This document shows positions 10,946 through 22,554 of a stretch of 64,000 nt of DNA, piece by piece. The stretch lies in assembly GCA_963786955.1 (NCBI GenBank), contig CAWBAT010000006.1, positions 1 to 64,000 of the forward strand, read 5' to 3'. Origin of the DNA: an uncultured Acidimicrobiia bacterium. GTDB taxonomy: Bacteria > Acidobacteriota > Terriglobia > Versatilivoradales > Versatilivoraceae. The notes beneath the pieces are model-generated. The model had not been told where the DNA came from. It was given only the letters and a program-made list of their open reading frames with translations, and searched no databases. A program made the position numbers and the translations under genes. Positions within the stretch are counted from its first letter, which is position 1. Each line of letters opens with the position of its first letter.

Positions 10946-11422
10946 TGGCGAATGCGCGATGAAGAGTGGAAGACCGAGAAGGTCCGCACAAGGGTGTCTC
11001 GCTGATCGGTCTGGACTGGATATGAATCATCCACATGAATTATGGAAAAGCCGGAGTGCTTCGAACCATCGAAAAACCGCACTGCCGCCAATGCGGCCAA
11101 TTCCTCCCAAGAGGAAATAGACTCGGGGGGGGGGGGAGAGCCACATATGCGGGGTTCCGTGCCCGAACATTTTGGAGAAATCTAATTGGGAACTCTGATC
11201 GAAGGTGCGAGGTTAATTTCAATCAAAGGTAAGAAGCCGGTCCTCTTGGGGTCACACCCCAAGACCGCTCTCCCGCATTCAGGTTAGTATTCGGAGAGGT
11301 TGGACCACATCAAACCTCCCCCCCAATGTTTCATTCCTCACCGATATTTTTCAGTCTCCCAAAATGCTTGGTAATCGAAGAAAAGTTGATAAGTTGCCTG
11401 CGGATCAAAACACTAAAAATAC

Positions 11423-11641
11423 TCAAGCCGAGACAGCCACTCTATATGGACGCTCCTGCTCCTTCTTATATTCAAATATGGCCGGATTATTAATCAGGAC
11501 AGACGTCTTCTCTTTCATCTTTTCTTCAGTTTTAAACCTGCAGAGTTGGCAAAGCTTTTCATCCGTCACGTTCCAGGCGCCACTCGGACACCAACAGAAA
11601 CCTCTGCCCTGCAGATAAATATCACACGCTTTATTAATCAT
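11423..11641 (-). CDS. Small Cys-rich hypothetical protein (72 aa)
   Basis: Strong SD (GGAAGGAGG) before ATG 11641; MINKACDIYLQGRGFCWCP...LCQLCRF has five Cys; sigma-54-like motif upstream. Confidence 0.5.
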   Translation of the reverse strand: MINKACDIYLQGRGFCWCPSGAWNVTDEKLCQLCRFKTEEKMKEKTSVLINNPAIFEYKKEQERPYRVAVSA

Positions 11642-11699
11642 TAGCTTCCTCCTTCCCATATGAATCCTAAAGCTCCCACCAACAAGAAAAGAACAAGTT

Positions 11700-11715
11700 T
11701 GCAATTTGGCTACCA
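11700..11715 (-). promoter_or_regulatory. Sigma-54-like promoter
   Basis: The minus strand reads TGGTAG-CCAAA-TTGCA (GG-N10-GC spacing intact), about 60 bp upstream of ATG 11641 in AT-rich DNA. Confidence 0.45.
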
Positions 11716-12143
11716 TTTTTGTGCACGAATATGAACTTTTGAGAGCTAATAAATTCAATGGGATAAGGAGATTCCTTCCTTAAAGTGAAAAAATATTGGA
11801 TTAATCGTGGTAAAAATTACACGACTGGGGCAATGAAAATGTAAATAATTCATAGCGGGACTTTGCCCCGACAGTGGAGGATTCACGCCCATTGAAGTGA
11901 TGATTCACCTCCTGATTGTCAGGTTTATTGATTGAGTTGGATGATCATGCCAGGAAGTGATCGGCGGATAGGGTCAAGTTGGTTTCCGACATAACTCCGT
12001 TATCATCACATAAGATGACAAAAATGGGCAACAAGGTGGAATGCGCTATCATGGCGACGCCACCCGTCGAGCGTTTCCATGTCAGAAGAGCCGGAGCGTT
12101 CGGGTGCCTTCGGATACTATTCGAAGGTGGAAACAAGGGGAGA

Positions 12144-13076
12144 TTACTTCAGATTCGAATCCAGCCATTGAAGGATCTCCCGGTTGTTCTGCTTGGGTGG
12201 GATGTAGTGTTCAGAATCAAACCAAATCTCATGTTTCGGTCCTGGCAGCGCGGCATACAGCTGATGGTCAAAAGTCACGCGAGAAGGCTTATCCCGGCTG
12301 GCGCCAACAATCAACACGGGGGCCCCGATGTGGGGCACAAAATTCAGAGTGTGCTGATACCGGGAGAATGGGTCGGCGGAAGTTCCGCGAGGTTCCGCCA
12401 CTACAGTCAGGACCACCGCCTTCAAACGATGATCCAATCCTGCCACCATCGCGCCGATCCAACCGCCGCGGCTTCCTCCGAGCAGCCCGATTTTGGCCGG
12501 GTCCACCTCAGAGCGTGACTCAAGATAGTCCAGGCCGCGCCTTTGATCCACCACGGTTTGAATCACCATGTCTCTGGTTTCAAAAGGCCCCATGGGGCGG
12601 CCCTGTTCACCTTCGCCGGGTTTGAGCCGCTCGCCGAACCCGTAGTTGTCAATCACCAGAACTGCACGGCCTGAGCGGGCCAGCACATCCATCCAGTCGA
12701 GCGCCCAATCTTCATTTTTTCCCCAAATGCCGTTCGAACCATGCACCAGCAAAATGGCAGCACTTCGCTTTCCCCCGCTGTTCTGCGGATGCGCAAAGTA
12801 CCCCGAAACAATTTCATTGTGTATGCTTCTGTAGGAAATTTTTTCAATCACATAAGGAATTCGATAAGGCCAATTCCCTAGCGTAGCAGATTCCAGCGGC
12901 AGGGTCCGGTCATATTGGAATAGATCCGCAATTTGGGCAAATGCGGCCGCGTCAACGGGAGCCTGGCCGGCAGTATCACCGGTTTGGGACTCCGATGGGA
13001 AACTTAGCAGGTTGGCCAGCGTCAAAATCAAGAGAAACCTTCCACCCAATACTGTTCTATGCCAAGTCACAGTCAT
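12144..13076 (-). CDS. Secreted alpha/beta hydrolase (esterase / dienelactone hydrolase-like)
   Basis: LLVHG, GLLGGSRGG nucleophile elbow, C-terminal Asp and His (SRDK, SEHY); hydrophobic N-terminus. Start codon approximate. Confidence 0.85.
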   Translation of the reverse strand: MTVTWHRTVLGGRFLLILTLANLLSFPSESQTGDTAGQAPVDAAAFAQIADLFQYDRTLPLESATLGNWPYRIPYVIEKISYRSIHNEIVSGYFAHPQNSGGKRSAAILLVHGSNGIWGKNEDWALDWMDVLARSGRAVLVIDNYGFGERLKPGEGEQGRPMGPFETRDMVIQTVVDQRRGLDYLESRSEVDPAKIGLLGGSRGGWIGAMVAGLDHRLKAVVLTVVAEPRGTSADPFSRYQHTLNFVPHIGAPVLIVGASRDKPSRVTFDHQLYAALPGPKHEIWFDSEHYIPPKQNNREILQWLDSNLK

Positions 13077-13417
13077 TAAAATCAATCTCCAAACATGCGA
13101 AATGAGAATCAGGGGCTGCCGATCCGAAGGGATATCCGGGAATTCCCGCAATCCGATCCTTCAGTGTGGATTGATTGGCCCGCCCAATCCTAGCATATCC
13201 CGAGACAATGGGTCTGAGACATTTCACAATTTCAGAGCGCTTCGTCGACCCACGGAAATGCCCCAGACTCAAAAAGCAACTTTGCATTTCGGTATTTCTG
13301 TACGCCTCTCTTAATTGCACCCCCCGCAAACCCGCAACTTGACTTGCATCTTCAGCCGCCGCATAATCGGACCTTCACTATCGGTGAATCCGCTCGTATA
13401 GGCCAAAGGAGGCTTCG

Positions 13418-14688
13418 ATGTCTTCAGGAACGACGCAGAGGCAACACAATTTGCAGGGAGGATCTTCACGTCGCAGATTTTTGAAGAGTACCGCGGCTCT
13501 GGGCTTTTTCGGGCCGAAAATCGCGTGGGCCTTGGAGAACCAAACGAAATCGGCAAAGGGACCCACTCTGGCTTACGTGGGAACCTACAGTTCACCGCAG
13601 GGGCCGGAGGGCAGCAAGGGGAACGGGCAGGGCATTTACCTATTTCAAATGGACCCTTCCACTGGGGCATTGTCACTGCGCAAGCTTTTTAAGAATGGGT
13701 CCAACCCCTCCTGGCTGACATTTGATTCCTCCCGAACTCACTTATATTCGGCAAATGAAACCCAGGATTACCAGGGTACAAATTCCGGCTCGGTGAGCGC
13801 ATATTCGATCGATCGTGCCAGCGGTGATTTGACGCTGCTCAACACTGTCAGTTCAGAGGGGGCTGGCCCTTGTCACCTGAGCGTGCACCCTTCCGGCAAA
13901 TACGCACTGGTAGCCAACTACCACGGGGGAACCATTGCTGTCCTTCCCATCCGGCCGAATGGAGAGCTCGGCCCGGCCACTGATGTCAAAGAGGACAAGG
14001 GGGCAGTGGGTCCAATCCATTCGGCTAGTGCACCTCCCGGCAGCTTCGCTATCAGTGGACATGAGCGGACGCATGCCCACATGATCGAATCGGACCCGGC
14101 AGGAAAATTCGTGTTGGCCAGTGATCTTGGAATGGACCGAATCTTCAGCTGGAAGTTTGATCTTGAGAAGGGGAAAGCTTTACGCCAATAATCCCGCATC
14201 GTTCCCACTGCCTCCAGGAGATGGTCCGCGCCATTTTACTTTCCATCACAATGGCCGGTGGTTTTATTCGCTGCAGGAAGAAGGCTCCACCGTGGTGCTT
14301 TTCGATTATGATGCTTCGGACGGAAAACTGATTCCGCGACAAACCATATCGACTCTGCCGAAGGGCTTTACGGGAACCAATTTTACTTCAGAGATCATGG
14401 TTTCCCCTGATGGAAAATTCCTCTATGCCGCCAACCGGTTGCACGACAGTATTGCCTTTTTTTCCATCGCAGCAAACGGCATGTTGACTCTTCTTTGGGG
14501 AAGAGTGGACTCGGGGCGATTACCCGCGCAGCTTTAATTTCAATTCCACGGGAGATTTCCTTTACTCGTGCAACCAGAGGAGTGATGCAATTGCGGCGTT
14601 TCGCGTAAATCGGCAGACTGGCACCCTCACTTTTACCGGACAAATCACTCCGGTGGGCACCCCGGCGATCATCATCTTTCTCAATTAA
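13418..14688 (+). CDS. Lactonase family beta-propeller (6-phosphogluconolactonase Pgl-like) with Tat signal; frameshifts near 14180 and 14490
   Basis: SRRRFLK, AYVGTY, NPSWL, GPCHLSV, VANYHGG, DLGMDRI, GPRHFTFH and FLYAANR motifs across consecutive frames. Confidence 0.88.
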
Positions 14689-14847
14689 GAGCTTTCCTCC
14701 AGTTCTGTACGATCCACCTTTGTGTCAAAATAACACTGACTCCTGATGGGAAGTTTTTGGATGGCCCGCTGATTGGCCAATCCAGTCCGGCATCAGGCTC
14801 AATTCCATCTGCCTTCAGCGGCAGTTCTGATTAAATTGGAGGAGTCC

Positions 14848-15303
14848 ATGAAGAATAAATTCTCGCGGATAGCTTTGAGTATTGCCGTCGCATTGGCTGT
14901 GGCCGTATCACTAGCCTTCTCGCAGGAAAAGCAAACACTCTACCAAAGGATCGGGGGGTATGACAAAATCGCTGCCGTCGCCCGCGATTACTTCGATCTA
15001 AACAGAAGCGATCCGCGGATGAGTCGCTTCTCGGGAGGCCGCAGCCAGGATTCACTCAGGCGCGCGCGTCAGCTATTGATTGACCAGCTCTGTGCGCTAT
15101 CGGGGGGGCCCTGCATTTATATCGGCCGTGATATGAAGACGGCCCATGGAGGACTCGGGATCTCCAACGGAGATTGGGAAGCAACCCTGCATCACCTGGC
15201 CGCTGCGCTGGATAAGAACAAGATCTCGCAAAAAGAGAAAGATGAAATGTTGGCCATAGTCGATAGTTACCGGAAAGATATCGTGGAAAAAGCCGTGCCT
15301 TGA
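14848..15303 (+). CDS. Group I truncated hemoglobin with signal peptide
   Basis: TLYQRIGG and LSGGPCIYIGRDMKTAHGGLGIS (proximal His); GGAGGAG SD; Sec-type signal ending AFSQ. Confidence 0.88.
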   Translation: MKNKFSRIALSIAVALAVAVSLAFSQEKQTLYQRIGGYDKIAAVARDYFDLNRSDPRMSRFSGGRSQDSLRRARQLLIDQLCALSGGPCIYIGRDMKTAHGGLGISNGDWEATLHHLAAALDKNKISQKEKDEMLAIVDSYRKDIVEKAVP

Positions 15304-15590
15304 AGAAGCCTCAGTTGCGCACAACTCTCGCCCATTGCCGCGGGAGGACATCAAAACAGGCTGTGCACTTAAGAAAAAGCACAGACGGTGCGCTCTTTGT
15401 ACCGCAATGTCCTGCCACAAGCTCCTATTTCTGAGGCTCATCGATGAGCGATTTTTCTTGCGGGATGGATCAGGAACCCAGCGCACACAAATTTGCTGCT
15501 ATGTTGGCTGATGTTATATTCACAGCGTCGAGCATATGACATTAATAGACGAGCTTTCATATTGACTCTATCGGGTCGAAAGACAGAAAG

Positions 15591-16169
15591 GTGACTATGA
15601 ACCTGGCCAACCCTCCCGCATTGATGGTGGATTTTGACACCGGACAGTTTCAACAGGGAAACATTCAGCGGTACACAAAGCGGCTGAAGGACTTGGCCGG
15701 AGTGTTCAAGGATCCCGCCGCCTTTGCAGCGCTGGATCCGGCAACAGTGGTCTATGAAGTGGAATCTCTTTTTCCGGTTCCTGAGGGGACCAAGGGGGGA
15801 TCTTTTTGGGGGCGGACTTACATCCTGCCTGGGCTGGTTGGCAGCGAATATTTTATGACCCGGGGGCATTATCATGCTCGGCGAGAACAGGCTGAATTCT
15901 CTATCTGACTATTTCTAGGCGAAGGGGCCCTGCTACTCATGGATGAAAAACGTCACTGCCGGCTGGAATTGCTCCGGCGTGGATCGCTTCATTACATCCC
16001 CGGGGGAGTGGCCCACCGGGTGGCAAACACCGGAAAAGTGCCGCTTGACTTTTGGGCTTGCTGGCCAAGTGCCGCCGGTCATGATTACGGCACAATCGAG
16101 CAGGCTGGTTTTTCAGCCCGTCTTTTTGCCATCGAGGGGACGACCCTCGCTTCTCGAGGAGGAATCTGA
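15591..16169 (+). CDS. Cupin-type (archaeal-type) glucose-6-phosphate isomerase family protein; frameshift near 15900
   Basis: PGLVGSEYFMTRGHYH..E, then LHYIPGGVAHRVANTG and AGHDYG. Confidence 0.85.
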
Positions 16170-17106
16170 ATGAAAGCGCTGGCAGTGGATTTGGGGGGAC
16201 ATCATGTCAGCTGTGCCCTGGTGGAGGACGAACAGCTGCTTGCCGATCTAAGCCTTCCCATGAAGGGTTGGCCTCTGAGTGGTGTGTTGGCTGAGATTGA
16301 GACGGCTCTCAGACAATTGTGTTCGGATCAAGGCATATCCTTAAAGGACTGCGCAGGTCTGGCCTTCGGCTTTTGTGGTTTGGTCGACTCACTTTCTAAC
16401 CGCGTCTTATCAACCAACCAGAAGTATGATGAAGCCAGAGGATTTGATTTTAATGGCTGGTGCCGTCGATCTCTGGGGGTGCCGCTGCGGATGGAAAATG
16501 ATGCGCGGCTGGCCCTGCTGGGGGAGTGGTATGCCGGGGCCGCGCGGGGCACCAGCGAAGTGGTGATATGACCCTGGGAACCGGTGTGGGCGGAGCAGCC
16601 ATGATGGGGAATCGGCTGGTCCCGGGGAAAACACTTTCAGGCCGGATGCCTGGGCGGACATTTTCCTGTCAATTGGGATGGCCGCCCTTGCAACTGCGGG
16701 GGATTAGGGTGTGTCGAAGCGGAAGCCTCCACCTGGGCTTTGCCGCAAATCTGCCGCGAGTGGCCGGACTTTGAAAATAGCCATTTGAAGGATTCCGCTG
16801 AAATTAATTTTCGTCGTCTCTTTGAACTGGCAGATGCTGGTGACCCCGTGGCCGTGGCTATTCGACAACAGTGCCTGACGGTATGGGCGACTGGACTGGT
16901 GCTCTAGTGCATGCCTACGATCCTGAGCTGATCGTGGTCGGCGGAGGAGTGATGCAGCGGGCGGAGGAAGTGCTGCCCGCACTAGAAGCGCATGTTCATC
17001 GGCACACCTGGACTCCCTGGGGCCAAGTCACCCTTCGGCCCGCCGTGCGGGAAGCCAGGCAGCTCTGCTGGGCGCAGTCCCGCTGCTCAGCGAGGAGGCG
17101 CAATGA
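16170..17106 (+). CDS. ROK family sugar kinase (several frameshifts)
   Basis: LAVDLGG, MENDARLALLGEW, TLGTGVGG, C-x-CGG-x-GC-x-E zinc motif and YDPELIVVGGGVM. Confidence 0.85.
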
Positions 17107-18859
17107 TACCGGCAAGATCATCTAACTACGACAAATTCCCCTTCATTCCCGTTTCACCTCGCTCGTCGGACTGCTGGAAAGGATGGGGGTCTATTCTCGA
17201 TCAACTTCAAAGCCGGGTGGACCCGTCCCGATTTCTGCTGGTGGTGGAATGTTACCCGGGGGCCGATGTGAGCAAATTCGGACGGTATTTGAGGGAGGAC
17301 TCCAACCTAAAAGGTCTGGCGAGCTGAGGAGTTTTACCGAACTCCGGACCAAATCGAAAGTCCTGCAAGCGCGCGATTTGGGTGATGATCCGGTTTTCGG
17401 GCGAATAAACGGGCTCCGGATTGAAGATTTCTTCGATCAAGACCGCTGGGCCGCTATCCGCTCCAAAATTGAGCAATGGTCCAAGGGTTTGGGAATAGTC
17501 ATTGGCACCGGAGCCGCGCTACTTGCCCGGCAGTGGGATTGTCTCGTTTATGCCGACATGGCCCGTTGGGAGCTGCACGATGCGCCGCGGCAAAACCAGA
17601 TCAGCAATCTCGGTATTGAAAATCAGGACGAACGAGCTGGATTAAAATCCAAGCGAGCTTTCTTTGTCGATTGGCGAGCCGCTGACCGGTTGAAGAAAAA
17701 AGTCTGGCAACAAATGGATCTGCTTCTAGACACCCATGATTCCGCTAATCCCAAAATGATTTCTGCATCTCACCTGCAGCCGGGCTGACCATGGCTTTCG
17801 GCAGCCTTTCCGCGTGGTCCCCTTCTTCGACCCGGCTCCCTGGGGAGGGCAATGGATGAAGCGGGTTTGTGGCCTGGATCATTCAGCTGTCAATTACGGT
17901 TGGTGTTTCGACTGTGTGCCTGAGGAAAACAGCCTGTTGCTGGGGTTCGGTAGTGAGCGTGTCGAAATTCCGTCTATCGATCTGGTGTTTAATCATCCTC
18001 GCGAGTTGCTAGGGGATGCCGTCCACGCCCGCTTTGGAGCCGAATTCCCCATCCGCTTTGATTTCCTGGACACCTGGGAGGGTGGCAATCTTTCGCTCCA
18101 AGTGCATCCCCTGACCGAATACATCCAGGATCAATTCGGCATGAACTACACCCAGGACGAGAGTTACTATCTGCTGGATGCGGCGCCTGGAGCTGAAGTT
18201 TACCTCGGAGTGAAAACCGGGATCGATGCCGACGCCATGGCGAACGATCTTAACCGCGCTCAACGCGGAGATTTCTTGTTTCCGGATGAAAAATATTCAA
18301 TCGCTGGCCGGCCCGCAAACATGATCATTTTCTGATCCCCGGGGGCACTATTCACTGTTCGGGGAAAAACTCCATGGTATTGGAAATCAGCGCCACTCCC
18401 TATATTTTCACCTTCAAGCTCTGGGATTCGGCCCGGCTTGGATTGGACGGGCGGCCCCGCCCCATTCACATTGAACATGGAGTCCTCGACCTTCAGTGGC
18501 ACCGCGACACCGAGTGGGTCCGCGCCCAACTGGTCAGCCGCGTCGAGCCTTTGGGGCAGGGCGAGGGGTGGCGCGAGGAACGAACCGGCCTTCACGAGCT
18601 GGAGTTCATTGAGACTCGCCGGCACTGGTTTACCGGCAGGGTGCCGCATCATACCCGCGGCGGTGTGAATGTGCTAAACCTGATAGAAGGAGAAGAGGCA
18701 GTTGTGGAAAGCCCGGCGGGATTATTTCCCCATTCGTGGTTCATTATGCTGAAACCTTCATCATTCCGGCATCCGTAGGAAGCTATACGATACGTCCCGG
18801 GGGATCTTCTCAGGGCCGCCAATGGTACCATCAAAGACCTTGTGAGGACGCAAGCATGA
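17103..18859 (+). CDS. Class I mannose-6-phosphate isomerase-like protein with long N-terminal extension (several frameshifts)
   Basis: PFFDPAPWGGQWMK, EFPIRFDFLDT..GGNLSLQVHP, QDESYY and VLEISATPYIFTFKLWD; ATGA overlaps at both ends. Confidence 0.85.
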
Positions 18860-19771
18860 AATTTAATCCCGGGCTTGCGATCGAAGTCATACCCTGCTCC
18901 GTTTAGGTTGAGTCTGGGGAAGATGTTTTTGGGCCAAAGCCTGAATACCGCCTGCTGGACCAGATCCGCCCGAGCTTGCTTGAACCCAATTGTGTTGGTC
19001 CTGACCCGGTTTATGCGATTGGCATGGATGTTGGAAAAGGGAAGGACGCTGAGGAGTTGCAGCGCCGTATGCTGCTATTCGGCGTGGTCACTTATGCCGC
19101 CGGCCGGTTGGGCAAAGAACCAGTGCGCAGCCAGGGGCATGTCCAGAAAGTGTCTGCACACAGCGGTTGGCCTCCGCCGGAACTTTATGAAATCTGGAGC
19201 GGGCGGGCCATCATCTATATGCAGGAACGCATAAAGTCCGGGCGCTGTTTTGCCATTGAAGCGGGACCGGGCGAAACCGTGCTGGTCCCCCCCGGCTGGG
19301 CGCACGCGACCATCAGCGCTAATCCTGAGGAGCCCATGACTTTCAAGTACCTGCGACCGGGAATATGGGTTTGAATATGAAGCCGTCCGCACTCATCAGG
19401 GTTTGGCCTGGTACCCGATTCTCCGCATGGACAACCGGATCTGTTGGGTGGCGAATCCCCGGTATGGGGAATGCCGTTTGGTTGAGCGCAAGGCCAGGAC
19501 GTATGAGGAATTAGGGTTAGATCCCGCAATTCCAGTGTACCGCCACTTTGAAGAGAATCCGGCCCGATTGCAGTGGATTTCACAGCCCGCGCTAATGGGA
19601 AAATACTGGCAGCAATTAAGCCATGATTTTTTCATAGGGATTACCCGGACAAATCTGCGTCATGTTTCAGCAGTCCAACTCGGATGCCGCCAGGGGATGA
19701 GCGGAAAGAAAATTTATCTGGAGATCTGCATAAAAGCGCACCACACCGCTTTAGTAGAAGATAGCTTTTGA
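18856..19771 (+). CDS. Second cupin-type glucose-6-phosphate isomerase family protein (frameshifts; 3' end uncertain)
   Basis: LGKEPVRSQGHV, PELYEIWSG and VLVPPGWAHATI cupin motifs; ATG overlaps the upstream stop. Confidence 0.75.
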
Positions 19772-20228
19772 AGCTTGTCATCGAGTCCGTGAACCGCTTC
19801 CTTTTCCAATCCTGCTTCGGTTCGATGGGGTGCTGCTCCCCTGGACAAGGTCTGCATCACCGCCTCGCCTAAATCTTGTTTGGAATATTGTGAAAGCCGC
19901 GCATTCCGGGCCGGAATCGGGCGCAGGATTTCTGCCTTGTCTTCAATAATGACCAGCTTGATCAGTCGAAGAATCCGCGAATAACGGTCGAAAGACTGCT
20001 GGTCGACCCGCTGTTCAGCCTTGGCTTCCTTGGCCATCACCATCATTTCACTGATGGCGGAGTTGATCTGATCGTAAGAGACATCAGGGGAATTTGCCAT
20101 TTGATCAATAAGAGTCACAAGTTTGTCCACCAGCACATAGCCGGCTTGTTCTGCCGCTGGGCTGATTGCCCTGCAAGCAAGATGGCCAGGACAGCCATCC
20201 CAATCCCAATTTTCCATGCGCGAATCAT
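19714..20228 (-). CDS. Secreted helical hypothetical protein (frameshifted; 3' end uncertain)
   Basis: Signal peptide MIRAWKIGIGMAVLAILLAGQSAQ from ATG 20228, shifting into AEQAGYVLVDKLVTLIDQM...RYSRILRLIKLVIIED. Confidence 0.5.
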
Positions 20229-20742
20229 AAAATCTTCCAAGTTTGAAAGATGAAAAACGGATTTCAGGGCCTGCTGAATTACCAGAATGATTCATCTGAG
20301 TTCGACAAAATCTCTCGGGGCCAGAGAGCCGGCTTCCCCGGCAACTTCTTTGAGGTGAATCCAAGCAACCGTATCCGTCCGTCCTCACTCATTAAGACGG
20401 AAAAGGGGGAAAAATATTCCCTCATTTCATAAAATAAGTGAAATTGATCCCCCTCCCCAGTTAATTAGAGGATACTATCGGAAGGTAAAATCAGACTAAG
20501 CCTGTGCTACGGAATTTTTGGACAAAGTAGTAGTTGATAAAGGTTTGAGGAAAGTTTCTTCTCCCTTTAACCAATATTTTGACTAATTTATTTGCGGCCC
20601 CACTCCGACCAATCCAGAGCCCGAAAACATCAAACACGAAGCAAATGATGAGTATGACGTAGAGCTGTTTCCCCAACCCCAACCAACTCTCTGCTTCCTT
20701 GGGCTCCCTGTAGTGAAAAAAAGCTGGGCCAGAGCAAGCTGA

Positions 20743-22100
20743 TTATAATTTCCAGCCATTACGATACGGAATGTGGAGCAACTCATTGGCTTTGGCATTG
20801 TTGGTAAACTTCAGGTTTTGTGCATCCCATTCCAGTCTCTGTTCTTTCATCCGGATGGCGATCATTCCCAGCAGAACCATCTCCGTCAATGCTCCGCCAT
20901 ACTCAAAAATGAGCTGGCTGGCCAGCCATTGGCTCCTTCTTTGCAGCGCGCGCAGCCAATCTCCTTCATGCCCCTCTTTAACTCTCGGGATAGTTTTTTC
21001 CGGGCGTTGATACTCCTGCATCCGTTTCTCGGGGATCAGACGCATCCCCTCGGCGCCGGTAGTTCCATGCACAATTTTCCCCCGATCGCCAATAATTATG
21101 GCGCCGCTGGAGGGCAAAGTCCTCCCCTTCTTCCAACTCTTCCGGCAGAGTAGGCATAAGGCGGCCATCATACCAGGTCAAATTTACCGGAGGCCTGTTT
21201 CCACGTTCCGGAATTAAAACGATAATGGAGGCTCTGGGAAAAGTCTGCGAGCTCACCTCTGGTTCCCAGTGGGTCGACTCTATACTCTGTGGGGCGCCCA
21301 GATCCAAGGCCCAAAAAGCAGGTGGATGTGGCATCCCATATCACCCAGGGCACCTGTTCCAAAATCGAGCCAAGCCCTCCATTTCAAGGGGTGATAATCC
21401 GGGTGATAGGCCCGGGTAAGGAACCGGTCCCAACCAGAGATCCCAATCCAGACTCTCCGGCACGGGCGGGGTATCTTTGGATTTCGCTTGCACAGCAAAG
21501 TTTGACCATGGATCGCCGCCCACCGGCCGGTCGGTCCAGGCATGCACTTCCCGGACATCGCCGATGACTCCGTCGGCTAGCCACTCTTTCAACAGGCGGA
21601 TATGTTCGGCGGAATGCCCTTGGTTGCCCATCTGCGTCTGGACTTTGAACCGCCGGGCCGCCTCGGTGATTTTCCTGGCTTCAAAAACCGTGTGGGTCAA
21701 GGGCTTCTGGCAATAGACGTGTTTCCCTGCCTCCATCACCGCCATGGTGATTAACAGCATAAGTGTGATCCGGGGTGGCGATAATCACCGCATCAATATC
21801 CTTTTCCTTTTCCAGCATGACACGGTAGTCCTTGTAAACTCTAGCCTTCGGATATCGCTTGAAAGTGGGCGCCGCATAATCGCTGTCGACATCACAAAGC
21901 GCAACGATGTTTTCGCTTTCACAAGCTTTCAAATTTCCGCCCCCCATTCCTCCGACTCCGATACCAGCGATATTCAGTTTATTACTGGGCGCATCAGAGC
22001 CAAGTAGTCGGCTGGGAATGTAGTGAAAAGAAAAAGCCGCAAGGGCGGAGGCTGAAACAAATTGCCTCCTTGAGACCGAATTATTCCTGTTCTTTTTCAT
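20743..22100 (-). CDS. Gfo/Idh/MocA family oxidoreductase with Tat signal (several frameshifts)
   Basis: [47 protein letters not shown] and [13 protein letters not shown] motifs. Confidence 0.9.
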
Positions 22101-22422
22101 GAGATAGTCTCCCACTTTTCAAAATGAATGATCCTGCTGGAACCGCTTGAAATGATTCTGCCACCAGAGTTGTAAATCGTCATCCGCGCCAAGTAAAGAA
22201 AAATATTGGCCCGACTATTTTTTTTCGTCAAACTTATCGGATTGGAGTACTGACCTGCTGGGAAAAGACGATGGAATTTCCCTATAGAAATAAAAATGAT
22301 CCGGCATAAAAAACTCTGAACCATTCAATGGTTTTACTCCCTCGGATTCCCACCGCATGCCGCTTGGCCAGCGCGTAGGAATAAAATATACTCGATGGGA
22401 ATGGGGGCAGGTTGATGATCTT

Positions 22423-22438
22423 TGGCACTGGATTTGCA
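22423..22438 (+). promoter_or_regulatory. Sigma-54 (-24/-12) promoter
   Basis: TGGCAC-TGGAT-TTGCA is an exact match to TGGCAC-N5-TTGCW in an intergenic region. Confidence 0.6.
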
Positions 22439-22554
22439 CCACTGGAAAATGCGCAAACCTTTCACTTGATTTTAAAAGGGACCTTCACTCCATGGATGTT
22501 TATGTTAGGCTTCCGGGCTGGAATAAACCTCTTCCGTGCAGACTGGAGTTTCGA

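Noticed and set aside
11035-11232. 65-aa ORF with CRQC
   Set aside because: There is no convincing SD, it runs through a poly-G tract, and it has only one CxxC.
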